A stretch of DNA of 64,000 nt from Felis catus (lineage: Eukaryota): positions 101,744,001 to 101,808,000 of the forward strand of contig NC_058368.1 of the NCBI RefSeq assembly GCF_018350175.1. Direction: 5' to 3'. How positions within the stretch are numbered: the stretch's first letter is position 1; each line of letters opens with the position of its first letter. The notes below the pieces were generated by a model. It saw nothing but the letters and a program-made list of their open reading frames with translations. It searched no databases and was not told the DNA's origin. Both the position numbers and the translations under genes were made by a program. Below, in pieces: positions 10,976 to 24,374 of this stretch.

Positions 10976-12868
10976 AAGAGCCTGATCACATAGAATTTCT
11001 AGATAAAGTTGAAGAAGCTGCAATTAATGTTTTATTAAGCAAGTTTTACATTTCTCAAAGCGATTCAAATTTGGCTAATAACAGCCCTGTGATAATGTTG
11101 ATCTATGAATGCCAAAGTTTTCATGAATATGCGACTTTGAGATACGGACGGGTGATGCCAGTGATAGTTAGCTCATGAGATGTTTTCTGTGAGATGGATC
11201 AACTATCATCTCAGAGGCAAGAAAGCTTGAGTAACGCTACTAGCTCAGCCTGGGGCTAGGGGAATATTCTAGGATGTAGAACTGGCATTGCTATGAGTGT
11301 TTAATCAGTGAATTTTTTAAAAGGCCAGTTCAAATAACTCCTCTTTGCTCCCTAAGAACGTATATAAAGTTACTTGAAATGGAGCCAAAGAATAACTAAC
11401 TTTGACTGTTGGGTTGAAAGAACAGGCAAGGGGCTTGGAAGGTCCAAAATGTGTTTTCAATTTCAGCTTAATTCCATCAATGCTGTCATTTTTAGTTTCA
11501 CATTCATAACATTTGGATGAATATTGCCTTGCTAGAACTTAACAGATGTTGGGAAAATAAGTTGGCTTTTAGCAAAAATGTAAACTAAAGATAATCAGTG
11601 ACTACACAGTGTTGTCTTCTCTTTGTGTCTGTCTCTACCACCAGTGGAGGACTAGGTACTAACAGAACAGAGTTACCATTCCGTCTAGATTTAAAAAACG
11701 TAACTGAGGGCATAAAATCCCTTCTCTACCTTGCCTGAAAGTGTTGCTTCTGAGGACACTCCAGTGGCTGTCCCATCCGGTCAACATTGTGGTTAAGTCC
11801 TTTGTCTTTGCCTAGTTCAGGACCCGTCAATCATAATACGTCAAGGGGAGTGTTAGCGCTCTAAGCATCATAATGGGAGTAGTGAGCTAGCATCTGAGAA
11901 CTAAAGAATTAAGGACCAAGAAGCACAGCACCATTTGCATGGATAGAATCAAGTATTATTTTATCTTAAAAGAGGGTCTCCAGTCCCTGCCAAACTTCCT
12001 TAGCTCTAATTTAGAGCCCATACGAAAGCACAGGAGAACACTGGAACATGGTCGCAACTAGTACCTTGAATAGTCACATATGACTAAGGATAAAAATACA
12101 TTCATTATTCTCAGTCTGGTGAGATGTTTTCATATTTAATCACCTCCAAATGCTTTTTACCCCCATACAAACTACACTTATTGGTCTCATAAAAACTGTA
12201 TAATATGGCAATAACTACCACTTCCGACAGATCTAAACTTTCATAGCTGACATTTAATCCATAGACTGTGAATTCAGTTACCGTTGCCAGATATAAATTA
12301 GTACATGGAAGGAAGGCAGAGTATCTTTAACTGGTCACTTAGTAGCGCTGAGCCTGGGCCAGCATTTAATCCTCCCGTGTTGGGGAAAAACGTTTTCATT
12401 GAAGAATATGCATGAGTATGTGATAGACTTTTCTACACCGGGAATTTTGGAAGAAGACAACTATACTTGACATCATTAAAAATATTCATTTACTGGTCAC
12501 TGATTTTATAGGTCTGCAGCTGTGTCCTACTTGGAAACCTTGTTCCACTTTTATCACAGAAATTCCTGAAAGGGTCTGCATAGGTGGGGGGTATGTTGGT
12601 TCATGTCTAGTAATGCATTTCAAAACATGCACAAACCCATGTGCAAGACAAGCCAGTATTGCCTACAATTTCTTCTCTGCAATCTGGAATATTTTCCGGA
12701 TGCTCAAACCCAGCAATTGCTTTTACCTACATTTTTGCCTAATACCTAGTTATGTTTCCCTTTATAAGTGCAATATTTGCTTACTAACCTGGTGATAAAC
12801 TTGCCTATATTTCCATGTGTTGGACTTGTTTTCTGCACTTTGGAAATGATCACTTTCCAAGTGATCAC

Positions 12869-13059
12869 TTTTTGTTTTTTTAGTGTTTATTTTTGAGAGA
12901 GTGCAAGTTGGGGAGGGGTGGAGAGAAGGGGACAGCGGGTCCAGAGCAGGGTCTGTGCTGACAGCAGTAAGCCTGACGTAGGGCTTGAACCCACGAACCG
13001 TGATATCATGACCTGAGCTGAAGTTGTACGCTCCACTGACTGAGCTGCCCAGGTGTCCC
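12869..13059 (-). mobile_element. CAN-SINE (feline SINEC), diverged
   Basis: Reverse-strand tRNA-derived head, CT-rich tract and A-rich tail. Confidence 0.9.
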
Positions 13060-14094
13060 AGGTGTGTTCAGTTTTATATTAATCAGCTATGATGCCAATG
13101 CAAGCAGTTGGAATTTCTGATTCTCTTAATTGTACACATTACAGATTATGGATTTCCCTCAGTGGACAATTGTACTTTAAGACCATGTTGAAAAATAACT
13201 AGGACAACTAATTCTGTTGGATACCTGCCTACAGTGAATTATGAGAGGAGAATGATGAGGGTAACTATGAAAATACCTAGGTTGATTCTGTTTCTTGAAG
13301 TCCTGTTTTTCTTCCCCTTAAAAAAGGAAACCGACGTCTCCCTCATTCAGGGTTGACATTTTTCTCCATATGAAATATGTGTGTGTGCGCACACACATAC
13401 ACACAAACACATACACATTGAGAATGCGTTACTGAGCTAGGTAGCAATATAGGACTTCTTCGCTTCGATAGCGTATTACTGCTCTCCCTGTTTACTTTTG
13501 TAGGTTGACTTCTATGCGAATATTTTCCAGAGGAAAATCGATGTCTTTCTTTGGCCACGTTTTTTATTGTCAATTCTTGTTCCTAAAAAAGCCACGAATT
13601 ACCTGATGTCCTGAAAAAGCAGATGGAGCTTTTGGTCTTAAGGTGTCATCTCAAAGACCCTAGCCAATCAATTTTGTGCTACCCAATTTATCTGCCTTCA
13701 AAGGGTGAAGGACTGAGTTGAAGCTTTTGAGATTGGAATCTCTGGTTCCAGGGAAACTTGAGTATTTTGACCCCGAGGTCTCTACTACTAAGCCAATCCT
13801 CTAGCATCTGACAGTTCATATTTGTTGAATTCCATAACCTTGATCCTGGTCCTGTTCCCCTGTGAAATGTGTCATCATTTTTTTGGCTCCTGAAATGCAC
13901 AGCATACAAGGCAAAATATATCTACTTCTCAGCAGTCAAGCCACAGGGATTCTGAAGCTTGTGTGACAGAAATGGCATCTTTCAGGAGTTGAATGTGTCT
14001 CCATTAATAGCTTTCACATGAGCAAGTCTGCCTCACCTCCCAGTACGTGCCACAGGAAGAGTAACAGTTCTTGGTGATTTCCATATCCACATCC

Positions 14095-15735
14095 ATTCAA
14101 GTGACCTTTTCAAGTACTGCTGTTTATTGTTGCATTTAAAGAACTCTGCATATATTTGGTGTACCACTCCTTTACCAGATACGTGGTTTACAGATATTTT
14201 CTCCTGGTCTGTCCCCTTATTTTTACAGAGGATACATGTTTGATGTTAAGGAAGTGCAACTTACTATTGTTTTTCTTATTTTCATAGCTAGGTTTTTGGT
14301 ATTCTAGCTCAAAGCTTACCTCCAAACCCAAGGTCACCTAGATTTCTCCCTGTGCTAGCCTCTAGAATTTTTAGAGTTTTAAATTCTACGTTGAGGTCTC
14401 TACTCTGATCTATTTTGAATGAAACGGTGTGAAAGGTATGAGGGCTGTTTCTAAATTCTTCTTTTTCCTATTTTTTGCACGCATACGGACGTCCAATGGT
14501 TCTAGCACCATTTGTTGAAAAGACTAGCTTTCCTCCACTGGATTCCATTTGCTCGTTTGTTACAGATCAGTTGTCTGCGTTTGTGCATATCGATTACTGG
14601 GCTTTCTATTTTGTTCCATTGATCAGTTTATCTATTACTTCATTCTCATGCTGTCTTGACCACCGTAGCTTTATAGTAAGTCTTGGCGTTGGGTAGCATC
14701 ATCACTTTTCTGACTTTTGTTCTTTTCCTTCAGTATTGTGTTAGCTATACTGGCCCTTCCCTACCGCCCCACCCCACCCCACCCCTCCCTCGCCTAAGAT
14801 AAACTTTAGAATCAGTTTGACGATGTCTACAAAATAATTTTCTGGGCTTTTGATTGTCACTACACTGAATCTGTATATTCATTTGGAGAGGATCAGCATC
14901 TTAACATTATTGAGCCTTTCTATACATGAACGTGGCATCTCTCTCCATTTACTTCGTTCTTTGGTTTCTTTTATTAGAGTTTCTTATGTTTCTCCATATA
15001 GATCTTGGACATAATTTGTTAGATTTATACCTAAGCGTTTCATTTGGTAGTGCTACTGTAAATGATACTGTGCTTTTAGTTTCACATTCCACCTGTTCAT
15101 CACTGATAGATGGGAAAGCTGTTTACATGTAAGTATTTACAATATAATTTGATATACTAGCCTTGTATCCAGCGGCTTTGCTGTAATTAATAATTCCATG
15201 AAGTTTATACCTGTTTTTGTGTTCTTTTCTTGTTGTTGTTGATTTTTTAGGATTTCCTACATAGATAGTCATGTCATCTGTGAACAAAGACAGTTGTATT
15301 TCTTCCTTCCCAGTCTGAAAATACAAGTTCCCTTGTATTTCCTTTTCTTGCCTAAATATGTTAGCTAGGACTTCCATTATGATGGATGGGAATGATGAGA
15401 AGAGGCATCCTTTCTTTGTTCTCAAATTTAGGGTAAAAGCACCTAATTTCTTGCCATTACGTATGATGGTAAGAAATTACCATCATAATGGTAATTTGAT
15501 AATTAATAATTTGATAATGATGATGCGGATTTTTTTTTTGTAGATGTTCTTTATAAAGTCGAGCAAGTTCGCTTCTGTTCCTAGTTATTGACCATTTTTA
15601 TCATGAGGGTTGGATTTTGTCATAGGCTTTTTCTGCGTTTATTTATATGACCATAGGATTTTTCTTCTTGCGTCTGTTGCTGTGATGGATTACATTTACT
15701 GATTTTTGCATACTGAACCAGCCTTACATGTCATC
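14095..15735 (-). mobile_element. Old LINE-1 (L1M) ORF2 fragment
   Basis: Minus ORF 15123-15425 contains a decayed RT motif (KEEIQLSLFTDDMTIYVGNPK); L1 antisense sequence throughout. Confidence 0.9.
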
Positions 15736-15789
15736 CAACATTTTAATGAATTTAAAAACCCTCTTTGTTTTGTTGACTTCCAAACGTAC

Positions 15790-15930
15790 GTCACTAGACT
15801 AGAGGCACATCCTGTCACTCATCTCCTAACATTTCCTAAACTAAACTCCAGATCTTACTTAACAAAAATGCTTCTCCCATAGTCTTTTTCACGTCACTAA
15901 TTGCAAATCCTTTTCTTCCCTTGCCTCTTC
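15790..15930 (+). mobile_element. Possible L2 fragment
   Basis: CATCTCCTAACATTTCCTAAACTAAACTCCAGATCTT..CTTCTCCCATAGTCTT resembles L2. Confidence 0.35.
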
Positions 15931-16986
15931 CAGAAAGGACGGTTCCTGGTTCTTCTATAGTGGAACTCAGGACTGTAGTCATTAACATTTCTGTGCTTTT
16001 GAAACATGCTTCCACGGTGGAATTAGCACTCTGGGATAGAGACATAGAAAAGGCAGGGGAAGAAGGTATGCCTCAACTCTAAGTCTATTCTCTGATGGCA
16101 TCAATGATAAAAAGAGGAATTGTAGAGGTAGAAAGACAGTGATACTAGAGTCATTAAGGGAGCACAAAGTTCAAAAACAGAAGTTTTACCTAGAGAGCCA
16201 GGGTTCTTATTTCCTGGGTAAACCAATCAGGCTGATCCCAGCAGAAATTTTCTGCATGAGGTCACGACTGAAGATAGTCCATGGTGAGAAAGTGGTAATT
16301 CAGGAGACCCTATGTCTCTTAGGACAGTCTCAGTTTGTACAGGTTGTATTTGTTATTCACTTTCAGTGCCTTATTTCATTTTTCATGGGGCCCAATTTGA
16401 ATGATGGGTTATTCGGTTACTTCAAATCCAGAGGACATTAGAAAACTGGATAGTTTGCATCAGGGAAGATCTAAGCCAACTTCCTGTTCATATTGGATCT
16501 TTGGGTTGGTAGCTTAGAGGAATCAGTGGGACCAGGTTGTATCGTAAGCTTCCTAGTACAGAAACCTCATATTTTGGGTGGTGGGATATGGAGATGTTAC
16601 TAGAAAAACAATGGACATGTACTTAATGGGATTGTTTCTGAATCTGAGAATTCAGTCATATCATAGAGAGCTTAATCGGGAGGAGGACAGCCAGGAGGAG
16701 CCTCAGGTCTCCTTAAGGGGTCTTGTCTCCAACTTAAGAATCTGTTTGATGAGAACTGAGAAGGGAGGGACAATGAGAATAGTAATCAGTCTATCTCTGC
16801 TGACTTTTGTGGCCTCTGCAGGCCCACAAACTATACATAGGCAAATATCAGCCTAGAAGGCATAAGGACCCCAGGAGTTTGAGAGAAAGATGCCTGTGGC
16901 CTCTGTTAACTAAGTCACTTGTGAGAGTGGGACCATATACCCCATTTTCAAACTTGAGTTTTTAGTGCTGATACAGTTTTAGGAGT

Positions 16987-17520
16987 ATGTATATTGTTTA
17001 CATATGGCATATATACAATATACATCTAGTGTGTATACAATACATGAGTAAACAAATGTGTATAGTATACATACAAAACACAAATATACACAATATATAC
17101 AAATACAGAATACAAAATAGAAATACACAAATACAGTCCACATACAATATACAATATATATATACTATATATATAGTACTATACAATACACACATATATA
17201 CTATATATACAGACATAATACTATATATACACACATATATACTATATATACAGACGTAATACTATATATACACACATATATACTATATATACACATATAT
17301 ATACTATATATACATATATACTATATATACATATATATACTATATATACATATATACTATATATGTACTATATATACACTATATATGTATATATACTACA
17401 TATATACTATAGATATACATATATACACATATATATATATATACACTATATATATGTGTATATATATGTGTGTATATATATATATACATATTTACACATA
17501 TATATGTAGTACATATATGG
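16987..17520. repeat. TA-rich low-complexity / compound micro-minisatellite
   Basis: About 530 bp of TATA/TACA units, including a 41-bp period (CAGAC at 17210 and 17251). Confidence 0.95.
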
Positions 17521-18238
17521 ATGTCATGTCCTCTTAAATATGTCTGATAAAAGTTATGAAATATCTTAAACTACATTAATAGAGGCCCCAGGCCTCAGGA
17601 CAGTTCTGAATGGCTGCATTAGGGGAACAAAATATTAGAATTTACTCCTGATTGAGGTTAAGAAACAGCTTTATTGAGAAAGTTGTGGAATTAAAAAAAA
17701 AGGTGGTAGTTCAGAGAAGACGAGATTCTTGTCCCTTCCGGAAGTCTGGCCCATGGAGGAGGGGCCAACGGGTGGATAATGATAGAAAGGAACAGTGCAC
17801 AACCCCCAGAGGTTGGGACTCATTGGCTTCCACACTTGTCATGGGAGTGATGTGCCGCCTCCGACCATTCAGGGTGACCAAGCGCCTCCTCCCTAAAAAC
17901 CTTTCCACCAGAAGCCTCAGGGTTAGTGCCTACAGGATGGAGGGAATGTGTCTAGGATTAACAAGTACTTAACAGCATCACAAAGCTAGGGGAGAGTCTT
18001 CCCAAGCAAGGGATGATCTCACCGTTCAGTCAGCAGAAGTATCCTTACAGAGGGTAAGAATGTGATGATCTGAAGCAAGAAGCAGGTAGAGACAAACAGG
18101 AAAGTCTGGATATAAATATATCTAAAGGGGGGCGCTCTGCTAGGCAGGATGGGTGAACAGAAATTCTGTTCTTCCATGCTTAACCCTGCCTGCTGAGCTG
18201 GGGCAGGGGTTGAGGGGGTAGAGGGGCAGAGTTCCCAG

Positions 18239-18449
18239 CAGGGAAGGCTGCAGCCAGCCCTGGCTGGTGGGAGCCGACTGGACACATCCCTTCCCAACTC
18301 CACATTCAGTGGGATCGAAAAGGTAGCCTGAAATCATAGAAGTATTTAGTATTTATCTCACAGAAATAGGCAAATGATGTGAATCAGAGCTTGTTTCTTA
18401 CGAATTCTTCTAGAGAACCGGATGTTAAGTATTGACCAGCACACCATTG
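18239..18449. mobile_element. MER63A-like hAT DNA-transposon fossil
   Basis: GAGCCGACTGGACACATCCCTTCCCAACTCCACATTCAGTG ... terminal GATGTTAAGTATTGACCAGCACACCATTG; ~210 bp. Confidence 0.75.
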
Positions 18450-20394
18450 GGTCCTAGGAGTGTTTGGTAACAGAAGTCAGAAATTCACATGTTGAATTGT
18501 GTCATGTTTTATAGTGTGCTCTTTCACATCTGTCAACTTGCTTTGTTGAGAGAGAGACTGTTGTGACCTTACGCCAGAGTGACTGAAGGAGGTCTGTCTC
18601 ATTAGACTACCGCGGTCCAGTATTAGATTCTGAGTCTCCATCAGGCATTTCTGCCCTGGGGATGTGCTCAAACTCCAAAATAACCCTGTCATGAACTTGA
18701 GTGCCCTGGGCATTCTATTGTTTGGGAACTGCCAGATGATATATCTGGAGGTGAAGAAGGTTGGAGAAAAACAATAGTGTTGCCCTTCCTGAACTTTACT
18801 GCACATCAGCAAGTCCGCAGTTGGTAGGCAGTCAGGTTATGCCAGTCTTTCAGGGATCATTCCTAAATTGGAAGTAAGGATCTCAACCCCAAAAATATAC
18901 TGACTATGCACATAGCCACTAACTGTACTTTTGGTACTGTTGCTTAAATAATGAAAAAAAATGACTGCTATTTATAAATTAAAGACTGACATGGACAGTA
19001 AAAAGAAACGCTTAACTTTCTTAGCACAAGTCTGTGGCACCCAGGATAAACTCTCATATTTTCACGCAATGGGGAGCCATATGTGTTTGATTTAAGAAGA
19101 AAATGGCTTCCTCTGTTGATGGCGAGGCGAACTCGCTTGTTGAAAAATATGTTTAGCTGAATGGCACTTGAAGGAGGCACTTAGCCTGTGGTATCTGATA
19201 AGGGCGGCATGTGGCTGAATGCAGGCCTGAGAAGTGTATGTCGTGTTTCATATAAGTGTATGTCGTGGAATGAGCAAGAGGAAGGTGGCTAGTTTATGTA
19301 GGGACCCCATATAATTCGATAGCAGATTGGTAAGAAATCATTTTAGGCAATTTGCTTTTCAACTGAGTCATCAGAACACACAGTAATTGTTACTGGAGGC
19401 TCCTGGGGCCCTGGGCTTTGTCGCTGATTTTACCATCATATGTGTCCTTGGAGTGGCCTGGGAGTAATCAAGGTTTTCTGAGATTTCTTACACCAAGAAT
19501 CCTCCAGCGCTGGAGAGGGGGTGGTGTCAAGGTTGGCGACCCTCCGTCAGTTCAGCCTGCCATGAGGCCCCGTGCAATTCTTCCAAACTCAGCAGGGTGT
19601 GAGGGAACCTGTGGTAGAAGCAAATGGAAGCTAAGCTCTGTTGCCAAGTACCTGCATGCATTTATATATTTGGTTATTTATCTTTAGAAAATGCTTTCAG
19701 GAAGTTAAAAAATACATGCGAGATTCAATTCACTTAAAATAGGAAAGGATAACGATGCACTGAGAACATTAAGGGTGGGGAGTGTGAGTGAGTCTTAGCT
19801 CACATCCGTGTTCTGGACGCTCACCAGAGACGGAACACATACTCACTCTTGGGCTCTCCCAGAAACCGGCAGTGAAGGCCACACATGATCAGCTCTACGT
19901 CTTAGGGTGTCCTTGAGAGGAAAACAAACCTGGTACTCAGGAAAAAACAGAGCTCTTCCTGCCTCTAAGAAAGATTGCTCTTCTGAGGCCCCTTAAAGAC
20001 ACGGGACTTTGGAGAATACCAAGCAGAATCCTCACCAGCATCTCCAGGGAAAATTGCTGGAAGGTGTCGGGAGGGATCTCACTCCCAGTGTCCATCCATG
20101 TGAGCTGATGGCATTGCCCCAAAATGGCATTGAGGAAAAAGAAATACATGGGTAAGGCCAGTGTGATGCAGACACAGGGCTTTCTGACACCGTAGCTTAA
20201 TGCAGGAGCGGACTTGAGAGTTTTTAGCAACTGGACAGACAGAATGGATAGACTGATGATCCTTTAGATGATTTCCAGAAATAATATATCACGCAGATGA
20301 AATTTGGATGTAGTGGGATGGTAAGCCCAACATTAACTTCTCTCATGGATATCTGGATTATAGAGATTTTAAATGCAGTATCGCTTTTAATTTT

Positions 20395-20530
20395 GTCTTA
20401 CTAACAGCCCTTGGAGTTATACTGTATTATTCCTGTTTTATAGAAGAGTGAATTGGGATGCAGATTTGATCCTTTGCTTAAGTGCATTCTGATAAAAAGA
20501 GCAAATGACACTGAGTTGACGTCTTTTTAC
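20395..20530 (-). mobile_element. MIR fragment
   Basis: TATTATTCCTGTTTTATAGAAGAGTGAATTGGGATGCAGA..TTGCTTAAG, reverse MIR core. Confidence 0.5.
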
Positions 20531-20959
20531 CCCAGTGCCTATTTCTTTGCTTTTTCGTGTTTTTTTAAATTTTATTTTATTCCAGTATAGTTAACATACA
20601 GTGTTATGTTAGTTTCAAGTGTGCAATACAGTGATTCAATAATTCTATACATTACCCGGTGTTTATCACAAGTGCATTCCCTAATCTCCAATGCTTATTG
20701 AACCTGTCTCCCCATCCACCCCCCCTCTAGTAACCGTCAGTTTCTTCTCTACAGTTAGGAGTATGTTTCTTGGTTTGCTTCTCTCTTTTTTCCCTTTGCC
20801 CCTTTGTTTGTTTCTTAAATTCCACATACGAATGAAATCATACGGTATCTGTCTTTCTCTGACTGACTTACTTGGCTTAGCACAATACTGTCTAGATGCA
20901 TGTATGCTGTTGCAAATGGGAAAAATTCATTCTTTTTGAAGGTTGAGTAATATTCCATG

Positions 20960-21100
20960 ATATATGGATATGTCTATGTATCACATAATACATATATTTT
21001 GTATCACATATATGTGTGATACATATATGTAATGCATATATTATGTGATATATATATATCCATATATCATGGATACATATATCATATATCATATATATCA
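20960..21100. repeat. TA-rich repeat in L1 3'UTR
   Basis: Degenerate ATAT/ATATC runs. Confidence 0.85.
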
Positions 21101-24100
21101 TCTCTTCTTTATCCATTCATCTATGGACGGACACTTGGGCTGCTTCCATAATTTGGCTATTGCAAATAATGCTGCTATAAATAAGGGTACGTGTATCCCT
21201 TTGATTTAGTGCTTTTGTATTTTTTGGGTAAAATACCCAGTAGTGTGATTCATGGATCGTAAGATAATTCTATTTTTAACTTTTTGAGGAACCTCCATAT
21301 TGTTTTCCAGAGTGGCTGCACCAGTTTGCATTTCCACCAGCAGTGTAAGAGGGTTCCTTTTTCTCCATGTTCTTGCCAATGCTTGTTTCTTGTGTTTTTG
21401 ATTTTAGCCATTTTGACAGGTGAGAGGCAGTAACTCATTGTAGTTTTGATCTGCATTTCCTTGATGATGAGTGATGTTGGGCATCTTTTTAAGAAGCATC
21501 TGTTGGCCATATGGACATCTCCTTTGGAGAAACTTCTGTTCATGTCTTCTCCCCATTTTTAATTGGATTATTGGCTTCTGGGTATTGAATTATGTAAGTT
21601 CTTCATACAGTTTGGATACTAACCCTTTATAGGATAAGTTATTTGCAACTATCTTCTTCTATTCAGTAGTTTGTCTTTTAGCTTTGTTCATTGTTTCCTT
21701 GGCTGTGCAGAAGCTTTTCATTCTGATGTAGTCCCAATAGTTTATTTTTGCTTTTGCCTTGCTTGCCTCAGGAGACAGATCTAGAAAAAGGCTGCAGAGA
21801 AATTTCTGCCAGTGTTCTTTTCTGGGATTTTTATGGTTCCCAGTTTCACATTTAGGCTTCTAACCGTTTTGAATTGATTTCTGTGCATGGTGTAAGAAAG
21901 TGGTCCAGTTTCATTCTTCTGCATGTAGCTGACCACTTTTCCCAGCACTGTTTGTTGAAGAGACTGTCTTTTCCCCATTGGGTCGTCTTTTCTGCTTTGT
22001 CGAAGATTAATTGGCCATATACTTGTGAATTTATTTCTGGGTTTTCTTTTCTGTTCCATTGATCTTTGTGTCTCTCTTGGTGCCAGTACCATACTGTTTT
22101 GATGACTCCAGCTTTGTAATGTAACTTGAAGTCTGGAATTGTGATGCCTCCAGCTTTGCTTTTCTGTTTGAAGATTGCTTTGGCTATTTGGGGTCTTTAG
22201 TGGTTCCATACAAATTTTAGAATTGTTTGTTCTAGCTCTGTGAAAAATACTGGTGTTATTTTGATAGGGATGGCATTAAATCGGTAGATTGCTTGGGGTA
22301 GTATAGCCATTTTAACGATATTTGTTCTTTCATTCCATGAAGATGATTCCAAATGTCTTGCCTTTTCTTTGTGTCCTCTTCAATTTCTTTCATCAGTGTT
22401 TAATAGTTTTCAGATTATAGGTCTTTCACCTCTTTGGTCAGACTTATTCCTAGGCATTTTGTTATTTTTGGTGTAACTATAAATGGGATCGTTTTCTTAA
22501 TTTCTCTTTCTGCTCCTTCGTTATTAATGTACAGAAATGCAACAGATTTTGCACATTGATTTTGTATCCTGTGACCTTATTGAATTCATTGATCAGTTCT
22601 AGTAGGTTTTTGGGTGGAGGCTTTTGGGTTTTCTATATACGGTATCATGTCATGTACAAATAGCGAAAGTTTTACTTCTTCTCTACCAAATTGGATGCCT
22701 TTTATAAATATTTGTTGTCTAATTGCTGCGTCTAGGAGTTTCAGTACTATGTTCATTAACAGTGGTGAGAGTGGACATCCCTGTCTGGTTCCTGACTGTA
22801 GAGGGAAAGCTGTTAACTGTGGGTTTTTCACAGATGACCTTTATGACATTGAGGTATGTTCCCTCTAAACCTACTTTGCTGAAGGCTTTTATCACGAATG
22901 GATGTATTTTGTCAGATTCTTTTTCTGCATCTTTTGAAATTATCGTACGATTTTTATCGTTTTTCTTGTTGATATGAGGTATCACATTGATTGACTTGTG
23001 AATATGGTACCACCCCTGGCACCCTGGGAATCAATCTCACTTAATGTTGGTGAATGATTTTTAAAATGTATTGCTGTATTCAGTTTGCTAGTACTTTGTT
23101 GCGGATTTTTACATCTATGTTGGTCAGAGATATTGGCCTATAGGTCTCTTTTATTGTGGCCTCTTTATCTGGTTTTGGTATGGAGGTGATGCTGGCACCA
23201 TAGAATGAATTTAGAACTTTTTCTTCCTATTCTACCTTTTTGGAATAGTTTCAGAAGAGTATGAACTCTTTAAACGTCTGGTAGAATTTACCTGTGCAGC
23301 CATCTGATCCTGGACTTTTGTTTAATGGGAGGTTTTTTTTTTTTTGTTTTTTTTTTTTGTTTTTGATGACTGATTCACTCGCCTTGCTGTATTTTGTCTG
23401 TTCAATTTTTATGTATCTTCCTGCGTCAGTTTTCAGTTTGGGTACATTTCTAGGACTTTATTCATTTTTTCTAGGTTGCCTAATTTGTTGGCATATAATT
23501 TTCCGTAATACTCTGTTAAAATTGTTTGTATTTCTGTGGTGTTGGTTGTTATTTCTTTAATTTGTGCTTTTAATAGAGTCCTTTCTCTTTTATGAATCTG
23601 GCTAGAGGTTTATTAATTTTGTTGATCTTTGAAAAGAACAGGTCCCAGTTTCATTTATCTGTTCCATTGTTTTTTTTTGTTTCATTTCTATATCATTTAT
23701 TTTCTGCTCTAATCTTTATTACTTCCTTCTTCTGATTTTTATTTTCTGCTCTAATCTTTGTTACTTCTTTCTTTCTGCTGATTTTGAGTTTTGGTTGTTC
23801 TTTTTTTTTTTTTTTTGGCTCCTCTGGATGTAAGGTTAGGTTGTTAGAGATTTTTCTTGCTTCTTGATATAGGGTGGTATTGCTATAAATTTCCCTCTTA
23901 CACTTAAAAGAGGTTTTGCTGCATCTCAAAGGTTTTCTACTGTTGTGTTGTCATTTTCATTTGTTTCCACATACATTTTCATTTCTTCGTTGATTACTTG
24001 GTTGACCCATTCATTGTGTACCAGCATGTTATTTAACCTCCACATATTGGTGGTCCTTCCAGAAGTTTTTCTTGTGGTTGATTTCTAGTTTTATAGTGTT

Positions 24101-24153
24101 GTGGTTGGAAAGGATGCATGGTATGACTTGGATCTTTTTTAATTTGTTGAGGT

Positions 24154-24374
24154 GTTGTTTTTTTTTTTTTTATTTTTACTTTGAAAGAAAGAGAGAGGGA
24201 GCATGTGCATATGAGTGGGGGAGGGGCAGAGAGAGAGGGAGAGAGAGAATCCCAAGCAGGCTTGCACTGTCAGTGCAGAGCCTGATGCAGGGCTCAAACC
24301 CATGAACTACGAAATCATAACCTGAGCCGAAATCAAAAGTTGGATGCATAACCAACTGAATCACTCAGGTTCCC
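24154..24374 (-). mobile_element. CAN-SINE nested in L1 ORF2
   Basis: SINE body; TSD TTGTTGAGGT at 24144-24153 and 24375-24384. Confidence 0.95.

Noticed and set aside
16987..17520. CRISPR-like or regularly interspaced array
   Set aside because: Low-complexity TA repeat with no unique spacers; eukaryotic context with no cas genes
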